Assembly (NCBI GenBank): GCA_004431415.1
Contig: QPMI01000444.1
Span: 62,001-126,000 of the forward strand
Length of the DNA: 64,000 nt
Direction: 5' to 3'
Source: Cyanophora paradoxa CCMP329
Lineage: Eukaryota > Plantae > Glaucophyta
Shown here: one piece after another, positions 24,437-35,669 of the stretch
Numbering within the stretch: the first letter of the stretch is position 1
How the letters are laid out: every line of letters begins with the position of its first letter
Made by a program: the position numbers and the translations under genes
The notes under the pieces: generated by a model
The model's input: the letters and a program-made list of their open reading frames with translations, nothing else
What the model was told of the DNA's origin: nothing
Database searches by the model: none

Positions 24437-25002
24437 TAGGGTTGGCCGGTTGAAATTTCAAGCCATTGAAAATACATTGAAATTGTATTTTCAATTGCAT
24501 TTTCAATGACGCCCGTTGAAATACATAGCGCAGTGGTATAAGGTCGTGCTACGACCTCCCGGATTCCCGGGTTCGGTTCCTGCTGTTTCCGCTACGTTGT
24601 ACTTCGAATCCTTGTGATTCCCGATACCGTGACTTGTATCCTCGTTGTGTACTACGAGTGGGCACGCCCACCGTAGATCTTAAAAAAAAAAATTGAAATA
24701 CATTGAAATAGAATATAAAAATAATAAAATATATTGAATTTGTCCCGTTTTCGCTCCCTTCCTTCCCCTTCCCAGCCCCTCCGGACTTCCCAGGAGCCCT
24801 CCCAGCCCGTAAAGAGGCTCTCAGAGTGAGAGTGAACTCGACAAAAGACAGTTGAGAGTGAAAGAGACTCTCCGCAGTGCGCAGGGTCTCTGCAAATGCT
24901 GCACTGCCGTTTGAAATTTCAATTGAAATTTCAAATCTTTCAAAGGGTCGATTTTCAGTTTCAACGCCAATTTTCTGTATTTCATGAAATTCACCAACCC
25001 TA
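24437..25002. mobile_element. Non-autonomous hAT-type element (family B), TIR TAGGGTTGG, carrying a nested SINE
   Basis: TAGGGTTGG at 24437 and CCAACCCTA ending at 25002. Perfect 8-bp TSD ACGTGCAC at 24429-24436 and 25003-25010. TTGAAA/TTTCAA subterminal repeats. Confidence 0.88.
24527..24692 (+). mobile_element. tRNA-derived SINE-like retroposon
   Basis: 11-bp TSD TTGAAATACAT at 24516-24526 and 24693-24703. A-box-like (T)AGCGCAGTGG, B-box-like GGTTCGGTTCC, 3' hairpin GTGGGCACGCCCAC and an A11 tail. Confidence 0.8.
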
Positions 25003-25084
25003 ACGTGCACCCGCCGGGCGGCCCGGGCCGGGCCGGGCCGGCGTCTCGCACCGTGTACATGTCGCACGGCTCCGGCCCTCCGGG

Positions 25085-25123
25085 TCCGGACTCCGGAGTC
25101 CGGACTCCGGAGTCCGGGAGTCC
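25085..25123. repeat. Palindromic-unit array TCCGGA-C-TCCGGA-G-TCCGGA
   Basis: tccggactccggagtccggactccggagtccgggagtcc is read directly from the sequence. Confidence 0.8.
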
Positions 25124-25284
25124 GTTGCACGGAACTTGCACCGAACTTGCACGTGCACCAACAACTTGCGCGAATTGCACCGAATTTGCACGTGCACTGC
25201 GGCACGCTGCTGCCGCAGTGCAGAGGTATCGGCCGCCAATCGCCGCTGGACCTTCCGAAACCAATCCGAAAGCGAGCTATTGTT

Positions 25285-25346
25285 TTCGTTTTCAACTTTC
25301 AGTTTCAACGCCAAAAATTTGAATTTCATGAAATTCACCAACCCTA
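25285..25346. mobile_element. Solo right end of a second family-B hAT element
   Basis: TTTCAGTTTCAACGCCAA...TTTCATGAAATTCACCAACCCTA is nearly identical to 24953-25002. No matching left end was found. Confidence 0.65.
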
Positions 25347-25435
25347 CGGTCCCTACCTTATCATGAGCTTCCGATCGCGATCGCGACTCGCGAGTCGCGA
25401 CTCGCGAGTCGCGACTCGCGAGACTCGCCGTCGAG

Positions 25436-25953
25436 CAGTGATGGTATTATTAATTCTTGGCAAATCGTGACCGCTATTGATAATCTTTAGCACCATTATT
25501 TTATATTATTATTATGGCACCGTATGTTATCGATAACCACCCCGACAAGCGCCATAGAAACCCCGCTCGGACAGAGCAGAAACGTCGCCAAACTGTTCAG
25601 AACGCTCTCTTATCCACTATCCAAAGCAATTCAATGATTAACTTTAGTAAACGCTGCTGACCAGCTCATAGAAGTCTACAGGCAGAAAGACGAGGGGATG
25701 TCATCCGGCATCCGTCGCATCAGAGCCTGCTGGCTTTTGCCTGGTGTCTGACAGCATTCTTAGATGTTCTGCTGTCATTCTTAATCGTTTCTGCGCGTTG
25801 TTGCGCGAGGAAAATGGGATTTTTGCACCGTACCCCCATTAATTAGCGGTGCTATCGATAACCCCTGGAATTTGGCACCACTATCAATAATCAAAATACC
25901 TGGGTTAAAATAATGGTTGCTAAAATATGTTATCAATAACCCAGCCATCACTG
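25436..25953. mobile_element. hAT-type MITE family A, copy 1 (518 bp)
   Basis: TIR CAGTGATGG...CCATCACTG. 8-bp TSD CCGTCGAG at 25428-25435 and 25954-25961. Highly similar to copy 2. Confidence 0.92.
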
Positions 25954-26135
25954 CCGTCGAGTCGCCGAGTCGCGACTCGCGAGTCGCGACTCGCGACTCG
26001 CGAGTCGCGAGGCCCGCGAGTCCGACGGTCGCGCGCCGAGTCGCCGCCGAGTCGCGATCGGCGCCGAGTCGCCGCCGACTCGACGCCGAGTCGCGACTCG
26101 CGACTCGCTGCGCGCGCGCGATCGGGAGTCGCGAG

Positions 26136-26635
26136 CAGTGATGGTATTATTAATTCTTGGCAAATCGTGACCGCTATCGATAATCTTTAGCACCATTATT
26201 TTATATTATTATTATGGCACCGTATGTTATCGATAACCACCCCCACAAGCGCCATAGAAACCCCGCTCGGACAGAGCAGAAACGTCGCCAAACTGTTCAG
26301 AACGCTCTCTTATCCACTATCCAAGCAATTAAACGCTGCTGACCAGCTGATAGAAGTCTACAGGCAGAAAGACGAGGGGTTGTCATCCGGCATCCGTTGC
26401 ATCAGAGCCTGCTGGCGTTTCCCTGGTGTCTAACAGCATTCTTAAACGTTCCGCTGTCATTCTTAATCGTTTCTGCGCGTTGTTGCGCGAGGAAAATGGG
26501 ATTTTGGCACCGTACCCCCATTAATTAGCGGTGTTATCGATAACCCCTGGAATTTGGCACCACTATCAATAATCAAAATACCTGGGTTAAAATAATGGTT
26601 GCTAAAATATGTTATCAATAACCCAGCCATCACTG
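26136..26635. mobile_element. hAT-type MITE family A, copy 2 (500 bp)
   Basis: Same TIRs as copy 1 with a different 8-bp TSD, GTCGCGAG (26128-26135, 26636-26643), so this is an independent insertion. Confidence 0.92.
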
Positions 26636-26726
26636 GTCGCGAGTCGCGAGGGACTCGCGACTCAGGCCGCGAGTCAGGCGGCGAGTCGCGAATCGCGATC
26701 GCGATTCGCGAGTAGACTCTGAGAGC

Positions 26727-26885
26727 TAGTTCGGTACCAAATTAGTGCGTTTTTTGCCGTGGAAACGCACTAATTTGAGACCGCACTAATAAAATGGCGC
26801 TAAGAAAATACCGTAGGAGTACAGCGTTTACCCCCCGCCTCATTCGTTGACGCACTAAAACGAACTAATTTGAGACCGAACTAAT
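26727..26885. repeat. Foldback/MITE-like remnant with CGAACTAATTTG-type repeats
   Basis: ~27-bp imperfect inverted repeat (tagttcggtaccaaattagtgcgtttt versus aaaacgaactaatttgagaccgaacta) with internal copies. No TSD identified. Confidence 0.5.
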
Positions 26886-27338
26886 TACTATGGTTGGGGA
26901 CCTTAAATTGGGGCCCGGGTCTAAAAACGAACTAATATTGTGTTACACGGTACTGGGCCAGTGGATTCCCGTCTGCGTCGACTGTGCCGCAGTCTGTGCG
27001 AGACTGCAGCGAGAGCCATCTAGATCTGCACCGGTTCTCAGAGTCTCCCGCCGCGCCGCGCGCGCGCGCGCTAGCGCTGCAGTGCAGCCTGCATGCGGCT
27101 GCGGGCGCAGCGCTAGCACGCTGCAGCACTCCCTTCGAGCGTCTTCGAGCACGCTAGCACGAAATCTTCGAGCGTCCGACGGACCGGAGATCTAGAGCAG
27201 TCTCACTAATATTGGGACGCGCCTGCAGCGACGTCCGACGGTCGACGCCTGCAGCGGCACAGCCGCTGCGGCACCTGAGCCGCACCTCCTTTAATATTGC
27301 AATTGCAGCCGCGTGCTCGTGAATATTAATGCCCAGGG

Positions 27339-30300
27339 ATGCTTAGGGCCCCTGCATCGCCGGCGCGGGCGTGGGAGGCGAAGCTCGCAGTAGCTCATGA
27401 TCATGAGCCGAGGCCCGAACGGGCGCGTGCGGGACCAGAAGAGACCGATGCGGCCCAGCTGCAGCGCACCGCAGCGCCGCTCCAGCTTGACCTGGATCCG
27501 GACCTGGAGGGCGGGACCGGCGGGACCGGCGAGACCGCAAGGCCGTCGTTAATGTTGTCGTCGGCGTCGCCCGTGCGGGGCCATAATGAGGCCGCCGGCG
27601 CCGCGCCCGCCCCGGAGCTGGCCGCCGCCTGCGCCGCCTTCTGCCCCCGGTGCGCATGCGCGCCGCGAGCAGCGCCGGCGGCGCCGCGGGGGCCGGTGTC
27701 GGGCGCCGGCCGGGCTAACGGAGGCGGGGGCGGCCGCGGGCGGGGGCAGGCTGGTGCTCTCGCACTGCCGGGGCGCGCGGCTGCGGGGGGCGTGCCAGGC
27801 GGTGGTGGCGCTGCTCGACCTGGCCGGCTTCAGCGACCTGGTGGCGAAGGCGAGCGCCGGCGAGAGCGACATGGAGCAGGTCTTCGACGCCATTAACAGC
27901 TGCTTCCGAGCCGAGATCGAGCTCCTTGAGGGCCCGCCCCGCCCCGCCCCGCCCCGCCCCGCCCGCCCCGCCCCGCCTAAGCTGACGCGCCACAGAGTAC
28001 GGCGCCGACGTCCTCTCCTTCCTCGGCGACGGCCTCCTCGGTCCGCCCCGCCCGGCCCGCCCGCCCCGCTCGTCCCGGGCCGAGCGGGGCGCGCGCAGCG
28101 GTCTGGCCCGTGGAGCCGCACGGGGCCGGGGCGGAGGGGGGGCCCCTGCTGGGGGCCCCGGAGGAGGCGGAGGGGGAGGGGGGGGAGGGGGCGGGGAGGG
28201 GCGGCTGGCGGCGGCCCTCGCCCTGAGGGCCGCCGCAGCCGCCCAGTGCGCCCTCCGCGTGCGTCGGCCCCGCCCCGCCCTCCCCGTCCCGGGACCGACG
28301 GGGCGGCGCAGGTGCAGGAGCGCTTTGAGGAGGGGGTGGCGGGGGGCATGAGGCTGCGGATCGCGATCTCCGCGGGCCCCCTGCGGCTCCACGTCGCCGG
28401 CATCGGGGCCCCGCGCCCCCCAGGGCCGCCCCGCCTCCCGCCTGGTCGCCCCCGAGCCCCGGGGCCCCTTCCCCTGGGGCGACGAGCACGGGGAGGGCCC
28501 CGGGCCGGCCCGCGCCGCCCTTCGCAACCCCGACGGCTCGGCCGTCCCGGGGTGTGGCCCCAGCGCCCCCGCCCCGCCCCCGGGCCCCGGGGGGCCTGCT
28601 GCGCGGCTGAGCGTGGGCGGGCGGCCTCGCAGGCGAATGGTGTTCTTCGTGAAGGGCGCGGCCGTGACGGAGGCCGGCGACGCCCTCGCCGACATCGCCC
28701 CGGGGTCCCCCCGCCCCCCGCCCCAGCCCGCTCGCCCCGGCGCCTCACGCCGCGGCGGGCCGGGCCGGCAGGCAAGTGTGCCTCTGCGCGTCGCTACTGG
28801 ATCACCTGCCGCGGACGGCGCTGGGGCCGGCGAGGCGGAGCTCCGTCCCCGGCCGCGGCGCCCCCTCGCGCGCCGTGCCCCTCGTCGTCGGCCCCGCCGC
28901 CGGCCCGCCCCTCGCCGACTACTGCCGCACCGTCCTCCACCTCCCCTCCGGTCCGCCCGCCCCGCCCGCCCTGCGTCCCGCCTCCGGCCTCGCCCCGCCG
29001 GCGCCGATCGCGAGGGCGGCGGGGGCGGCAGGGAGCCTTGCGGGGCGGCTGCGGGAGCCGGCGCCGCCGCTGGAGACCCCCGAGCAGCTCGCCCTGGCCT
29101 CCCTCTTCGTGCCGTACACGGCGCGCCCCTCCGGTCCTCGCCGTGCCGGCCGGCGCTGACGGCGGCCTCGCTCTCAGGTGCGGGCGCGGCTCGATCAGAT
29201 CGCCGGCCTGGGGGGCGTGGCCATGGACCCGGCCCGCTACCTCGCCGAGTTCCGCCCCGTGCGCCCCGCCGGCCCCGCGCGCCGAGCCGGGCGGGGGCCG
29301 AGCGGGGCGCCCCTGGGGCCAGGTCTCGGTGCTCTTCGGCTCCCTGGGTCTGCAGGGGAGCGAGCAGGGGGAGGGTGCGGGGCCGGCGGCGGTGCGGCGG
29401 GCGGTGCGGACGGTGCAGGCGCTCCTATACGCCCACGAGGGCTCCCTCCGCCAGATCGTCTTCGACGGTGACCGCTCCCCCGCCGGCCCGCCCCGGCCCG
29501 CCCCCGGCGATCGCGAGGCGGCCGCAGACAAGGGGCTCGTCTTCATCGGCGTCTTCGGCCTCTACCCCGTCTCCCACCAGGGCACGCCCGCCCCGCCGGC
29601 GAGCACGGGCGCGGGCGCGGCGCCGGCTCACGTGCACGGGCCTCACCAGACGACGCGGGGCGGTGCGCGGCGTGCGCGCTGGACGTGAGAGAGACGATGG
29701 AGGCCGCCGGCGTCGGCTGCGCCCTCGGCCTCGCCACCGGCCTCGCCTTCTGCGCCTTCGTCGGCGACCCCGCCACCCGCTGGTGCCCCCGCCCCGCCCC
29801 CGCCCCGCCGCCCCGCCCTCGAGCCGGCGCCGCAGCGAGTTCTCGGTCTTCGGGAACGCGGTTAACCGGGCGGCGCGCTTGATGGGCAAGGCCGACCTCT
29901 CCGGCGGCGGAATCCTCGCCGACAGCGAGACCCGCGCCGCCGCGTGCGCCCCGCGCCCGCGCGGCGCCGTGCGGGGGCCGACGGCCACGGGCGGGGGCGC
30001 ATGCGCAGGGACCTGCAGGTGGAGATGGAAGGGGCGGGGGAGTACCACCTGAAGGGCATCCCGGGGCCCACGGCGGCGTACCGGCCGGTGCGGGTGCGGG
30101 CGCGGGAGGCGAGCCGGCGGCCCTCAACGGCGACGGGGCTGGCCCCAGAGGCGCTCTTTGGGCGGGAGGGCGAGCTGGCAGCCATCCAGGCCCTCCTCGA
30201 TGCCGGCGCGGGGTTCCCTGAGTCGCCCCGCCACCCCACGCACCTCCTCCCCCCCTCGGGCCCCGTGCGCCGCGCCTGGCACGGGGCGGGGGAGAGGCCG

Positions 30301-33300
30301 CGGCCGTTCAAGGCGCCGGCGGGGCCGCGGGCCGCCCCGCTGGTGGTCGTGGCGGGGGAGACGGGCCTGGGCAAGTCGGCCCTCGCCCGCGCCGCCGCCG
30401 CGATGGCGGCGGCCGCCGGCTGGCGCACGGCAGCGACGGCGGCGCTCCCGACGGAGCGGCAGCCGCTGGCGGCGTGGCGGCCCCTCCTCGCCGCCCTCTT
30501 CCCGCAGGGCATCCTCGAGGCGCGCCCCGCCCCGCCGGGCTGCCGGGCCGGGGCGCGGGTGTGGCGGGGCGCTGAGGCTTGGGGCGGGGCGTGGGCAGGC
30601 GGGGGCGCTGGTGGCGGAGGAGCCCGGGCTGGACCCCGCCCTCGTCCGCGACCTCGAGGCCCTCCTCCCCGCACCCGCTCCGGCCTCCGCCCCGGCCCCG
30701 CTCCCCCCGCCGCCCCGCCCCACCCGCGCCGCCGGCATCCCGTCTCCAACCGGCCGCCCTCGCTCGTCTGGGTCCCCGCCTCCGACGACGATCGCGAGGG
30801 CGGGGCCAGCGCGCAGCCGCCGCTCGCGGGGGCGCGCCCGGCGGTCGCGCAAGGCCGCAGCTTCAAATGGACGGCGGCGTCGGGGTACCAGGGGGCGGGG
30901 GCCGACCGCGGGCTGCCGGCGGAGGCGCGGGCGGCGCAGCTGCGGGCGGCGCTCGTGCGGCTCGTCCTTGCCCGCGCCGCCGCGCCTCGGCCCCTCTTCC
31001 TCGTCTTCGAGGGCGCGCCGCCCCGCGCCGCCCCCGCCGGCCCCGCAGCGCCTCACCTGGGCGCCCTGGCCCGCAGACGTGCACCTGGCGGACAGCCAGA
31101 GCCAGGCGGCGCTGCTGCGGCTCGCGGAGGAGGCGGCCGAGATCCCCGCGGCGCGCCTCCTGCTGCTCGTGACGGGTTGCCCGGGGGGCGGGGCGGGGCC
31201 GGGGGCGGGGGCCGGGGAGCCCGAGGCGCTCGAGCGGCTGGCCGGAGTGCCCGGGCGGCGCTTGCTCGAGCTTCTGCCCCTGGACCCCGAGACCGTCGCC
31301 CGCCTCGCCTGCGCCCGCCTCGGCGCCGCCTCCCTGCCCCCGCACGCCGCCGCCTTCATCGGTCCGCCCCGCGCCACGGCTCCCGCCCGCCGCCGAACGC
31401 GCGCGCCCGACGGGCGGGGGGGGCCGCAGCGAGCGAGTCGGGCGGGGTGCCGTTCATCGCGGCGGACGTGGCGGAGCGGCTGCGCGAGGATGGGACGCTG
31501 CGCGTCGACCCCGCGACGGGTGCCTGTGTCGTGGCGCGGCCGCTGAGCCACCCGCGCCCCTCGGACGGCCTCCGCTCCGCTCTCCTCTGGCGCCTCGACC
31601 GCCTCCGCCCCTCTCAGCTCTTCGCCGTCAAGGCCCGCCCCCCCGCCCCCTCCCCCCCCCCTCCCCTCTCCCGCCGCCGGCCGACGCCGACGCGCCGCGC
31701 AGCTCGCGAGCATCGTCGGCGTCCGCTTCACCGCCGACGAGGTCGCCCCCGCGCCGCGCCGCCGCGCCCGCGGGCCGGCTTCTGACGCCGGTGGGGCGGG
31801 GCGGCAGGTGGCGGCGCTGCTGCAGCACCTGCAGGGGGGGAACGCGGGGCGGGAGGAGGCGGGGCCGGGGCTGCGGGAGCCGGCGGGGGGCCTGGCGGGG
31901 GAGCTGGCGGCCCTGTGCGGGGCCGGCGTGCTGCGGGAGGCGGCCTACGAGGCGGCCGAGGGCGACGTGTACGAGTTCGCCCTCTCGCCCCTCCGCGAGG
32001 TCGTCCGGGGCCTGCTGCCCGTCGCCGAGCGCCGCCGCCTGCACCGCGCCTTCGCCGAGTTCCTCGAGGCCCGCGAGCGCGAGCCGGCCGTCCCCGGGCA
32101 CGTGCACGTGCAATCCCGCCGCGGCTCCGGCGCCTCCGCCCCCACCTCCCTCGGCTCCGCCGTCGGCGTGGACGTGACGGCCGCCGAGCTGCTCGCCTAC
32201 CACTGGGCCGCCGCCGAGGAACCGGCGGCCGCGCTCCCGTACATGGTCAGCTGCGCGGCCGCCGCCCTCGACAGCTACGCCAACGGTTCGCCCTCTTTCA
32301 TTGATCTCTTTGAAGTAACATATTGAACAAAAAGTCTGTAGTGGAGGCGGAGAGCGGCTACGGGGACCTGCTCGCGCGCTACCCGGCCGGGCGCCTCGGC
32401 CGTGCAGCGGGCCGGCTGGCTCGCCGGCCTCGCCGAGGTCTGCATCCGCACCGGGCGCTACCCGGCCGCCGTGCGCCACTGCCGCGACGCCCTCGCCCTC
32501 CTCGGCCTCCGCCTCCCCTCGTGCCCCCTCCCGCCCTTCCCTCCCCCGCCCCCGCCCCGCCCCTCACCCGCCGGCCCCGCAGGAGCCGCCTGGGGCTCTG
32601 GGCAGCGGTCATGTACGCGGCGGTGCGGACGCGGCTGCGGGGCGCGCCGACGCTGGCCAGCGTGGCGCCGGAGCAGCTGGCGGCGCCGGCGGGCACGGGC
32701 GGGGAGCGGGAGGCGGCGGCGGCGGCGGCGGCGGAGCTGTACCTGAAGATGCGGCAGGCGGCGGGGCACAGTGGCGAGTACGGCCTCTTCCTCCACGCCG
32801 GCTTCGCCCTCCTCCGCCACGCCACCGAGCGCCGCCCGGTCACCGCCGCCCCGCCCCGCGCCGGCGCCCCCGCGAGCCGGCCGCCGACGCCGGCGCTGCG
32901 CGCGCAGGGCCCCCGCTTCCTCGCCTTCGGCTCGGCCTTCGTCGTGCGCCCGCCTCCCGCCGCCGCCGCCGCGGCGGCCGCCGCCGGGGCGGCCTCGAGC
33001 GGTGCGGCAGGCGAGCAACGTCGCGCTCCTCTTCCCCGGCCCCGGGGGCCGCCCCCTCGTCGCCTCCTTCGCCAGGCTGGCCTTCGTGCGCCCCGCCCCC
33101 GCGCCCCGCGCCCCCGCGCCGGCCGGCGGGGGCCGACGCGCGCGGCAGGAGCTGGGGAACGACTTGTGCGCGGGGGCGCACTGGGCGCTCGTGCTGCGCG
33201 GCATCTCCTTCGCGCTGCTCGCGGCCGGCGAGTTCGACGAGTGCGCCCGCCTCTCCGAGCTCTACGCCGAGGTCGCCCTCCGCATGGTCCGGCGCCCCCG

Positions 33301-34851
33301 CCCCGCCCCGCCCCGCCCCGGCGGCCGCCGCCGAGGCGGGGGCGGGGGCGGGGGCGGGCAGCACGTCGGGCGGGACGTCCTGGAGGCCCTCTCGTACCGC
33401 TGCCACTGCCAGACGCGCACCGCGGGGCCCCCGCCCTCCTCGAGCGCCTCGCCGCCCACATCCAGGCCCGCCCCCGCCCGCCCCGCCCCCGCCGGCGCGC
33501 GGGGCGACGGGGCCGGGCGGGCAGGCGGCGCTGGAGAAGTCCGCACGGCACCGCGAGGTCTCCGACAACGCCATCTCCATCGTCGCCACCGTCCGCCGCC
33601 CGCCCGCCCATCCGGGGCCCGGGGGGCGGCCCGACGCCGGGGCGCAGGGCGTGCTGGTCACCATCCGCTGCTGGCAGGACCGCGCCCCGAGGCCCTCGAG
33701 GTGCCCCGCCCGCCCCGCGCGGCCCGGCGGGGCGGGCGACGTGACGCGGGCGGGGCGGGCCGGGGCGGGGCCAGGTGGCGGAGGAGTTCGAGGCACGCAC
33801 CTGCGCGGAGGCTTCGCGGAGGTGGCGGACAACGCGCGCTTCGTCTTCCTCGCCGCCCACGCCCGCGCCCTCCTCGCCGTCGCAGGGCCCCACGCCCCCG
33901 CCCCCGCAGCCGCCTCTCCGCCGCCCAGGCCCGCCCCGCCCCCGCCCCGCCACCAGCCCCCCCCCCCCCCCCCCCCCCCCCTCCCAACTCACCTCGCGCC
34001 GGCGGCAGGCGGCGCGCGAGGCGATCCGCACGGCCGCAGGCGACCGCAACCGCATGACGGGCATCATCGGGGTGCGCGCGCGGTGGCGGCCGCCCGGGGG
34101 GCGCTGAGGCCGGGGCCGCGCAGCCGGACCTGGTGTGCGAGGCGGCCACGGTCCTCTTCGTCGCCTGGCTCCTCTCCGACGCCCCCGCCGCCCGCGCCCA
34201 CCCCGCCGCCCCTTCGCCCGCCTCTTCCTCCCCCCGGCGCCCCCGCGGCGGCGGCGGCGGCGGCGGGGCCGGGGGCCGGGGAGCTTGCGGAGCTCCTGGA
34301 GGTCGGGGCCCGGTGCGGGGCGCGCTGGGCCTGGAACGATGCCGTGCGCCCCTCGCCCCGCCCCGCCCCGCCCCGCACCGCACGACCGGCGCCGCGCAGG
34401 CCGCCGGAGCCGTGGCCGTCGCCGAGGGCCTCGCGCTGAGCGCGCGGGGCGCGGTGCGGGCGGCTCGCGAGCGCTTCCTCGCGGGGGCGGCGCTGGGCGG
34501 GTGGAGGGAGCCGGAGCCGGCGGGGGCGCCGCGGCACGCGCGCGACTGCGCCCTGGGGCTCCTCTTTGCCGGCCTCCACACGGCCCCCGGCCCCGGCCCC
34601 GGCGCCCCGTCGGCCCCACCTCGCACCACTCCTCCGTCCCCTCGCCCCGCTCCCCGAGCCCGCCCCGCGCCCCCCGCCGCCGGCCCCGGCCCCGGCGCCG
34701 CCGCCGCGCGGGGCCCGCGCGGGGCGGGGCGGGCGGGCGGGAGCTGCGAGGGGCGGGGCGGGGGGCGCTGCTGGCGGGGGCGGAGCGCTGCTTCGGGCTC
34801 TGCGCCGACGCCCTCGGCGCCCGCATCGCCCGCGAGGCCGCCCGCCTCTGA
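27339..34851 (+). CDS. Soluble adenylyl cyclase (ADCY10)-like protein: two class III cyclase domains, STAND/AAA NTPase and helical C-terminus
   Basis: C1: LLDLAGFS...YGADVLSFLGDGLL. C2: LRQIVFD|DKGLVFIGVFG...FCAFVGD...EFSVFGNAVNRAARLM. NTPase: LFGREGEL, Walker A GETGLGKS, Walker B LFLVFE|DVHLAD, GGVPF. LAYHW motif. Last exon ...IAREAARL* ends at 34851. Confidence 0.85.
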
Positions 34852-35327
34852 ACCCACACCCCCGCTCCAGAGCCAGCCCGCGGCCTCTCCCCGCCCCGCC
34901 CCGCCCGGTCACAGCTGCAGGCGCACCGGGGATCTCTAGATCTTCGTCTCTCAGCCCTCTTTATTGCAAGGGGGGGTCAGCTGCTCAAACCCCCCTTGCT
35001 ACCCGTCGGATTGTCTGTCCTTTTGTCCAAGTCGGCTAGTTCGCAACGCGGACTTTTTCCCGTCGTCGAAATGTTTTTGAAGTACCCCGCCGCCGGCCCA
35101 GTCAGGTGGTGCGCCGAACTTTCCCGGAGTCTGGCAGTACTAGTGGTGTGCACGTGAGAGAAAGACTCTGAGAGAAAACCTACTAGGCTAGCTAGCAGCT
35201 GCAGACTCTGAGAGCCTCGGCGGAATTCGAATGCATCGATATCGATCTCATAATATAACGCATCGCAGAATGTATGTATATATAGCAGATCGAAAGTACA
35301 TGCAATTGCAAATTGGACTTGAAAACT

Positions 35328-35658
35328 GGACGCCCTGCCCTACGGACTGCGGGCGCGCGCGACGGATCCGGAGGGCATCTGCGGGCGAATAGCTCACTGA
35401 GTCAAAGATCGTTGCGAGAGCCGTCCGGCCGCGCCGCCCGCTGGCTCACCTGGCCCAAAGAGCGAGGCCCGCCGGACGGGCCCCGGCCCGGGCCCGGGCA
35501 TTCGAATTCGAATTCGATGCGCTTGGGCGCCCTGACCGTCCGACGGTCGGACTGCGGGCGCGCGCGACGGAGGCCATCTGCGGACGTATACCTCAGAGAC
35601 CGTTGCGAGAGCCTTCCGGCCGGGCCGCTGGCTCACCTGGCCCAATTAAAGGGCGAGG
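35328..35658. repeat. Two diverged ~135-bp direct repeat units (period ~200 bp)
   Basis: ggactgcgggcgcgcgcgacgga...cgttgcgagagcc...gctggctcacctggcccaa occurs at ~35344-35458 and ~35549-35645. Confidence 0.8.
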
Positions 35659-35669
35659 TAGGCATACGG

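Larger units (their letters stand above)
25375..26712. repeat. TCGCGA(C/G) palindromic-unit array interrupted by two MITEs
   Basis: tcgcgactcgcgagtcgcga units at 25375-25435, 25954-26135 and 26636-26712. Confidence 0.85.

Noticed and set aside
24527-24600. Functional tRNA gene
   Set aside because: No complete cloverleaf or acceptor stem; the poly-A tail and TSD indicate a retroposed SINE.
25375-26712. Possible CRISPR array or simple tandem duplication
   Set aside because: No repeat-spacer periodicity and a eukaryotic context. The two 500-bp copies have their own TIRs and different TSDs.
24818-26726. CTCTCAGAGT...ACTCTGAGAG as TIRs of a large element
   Set aside because: No TSD, and the motif recurs at 27036, 35163 and 35203. 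It is better explained as the tct-C-aga-G-tct footprint.
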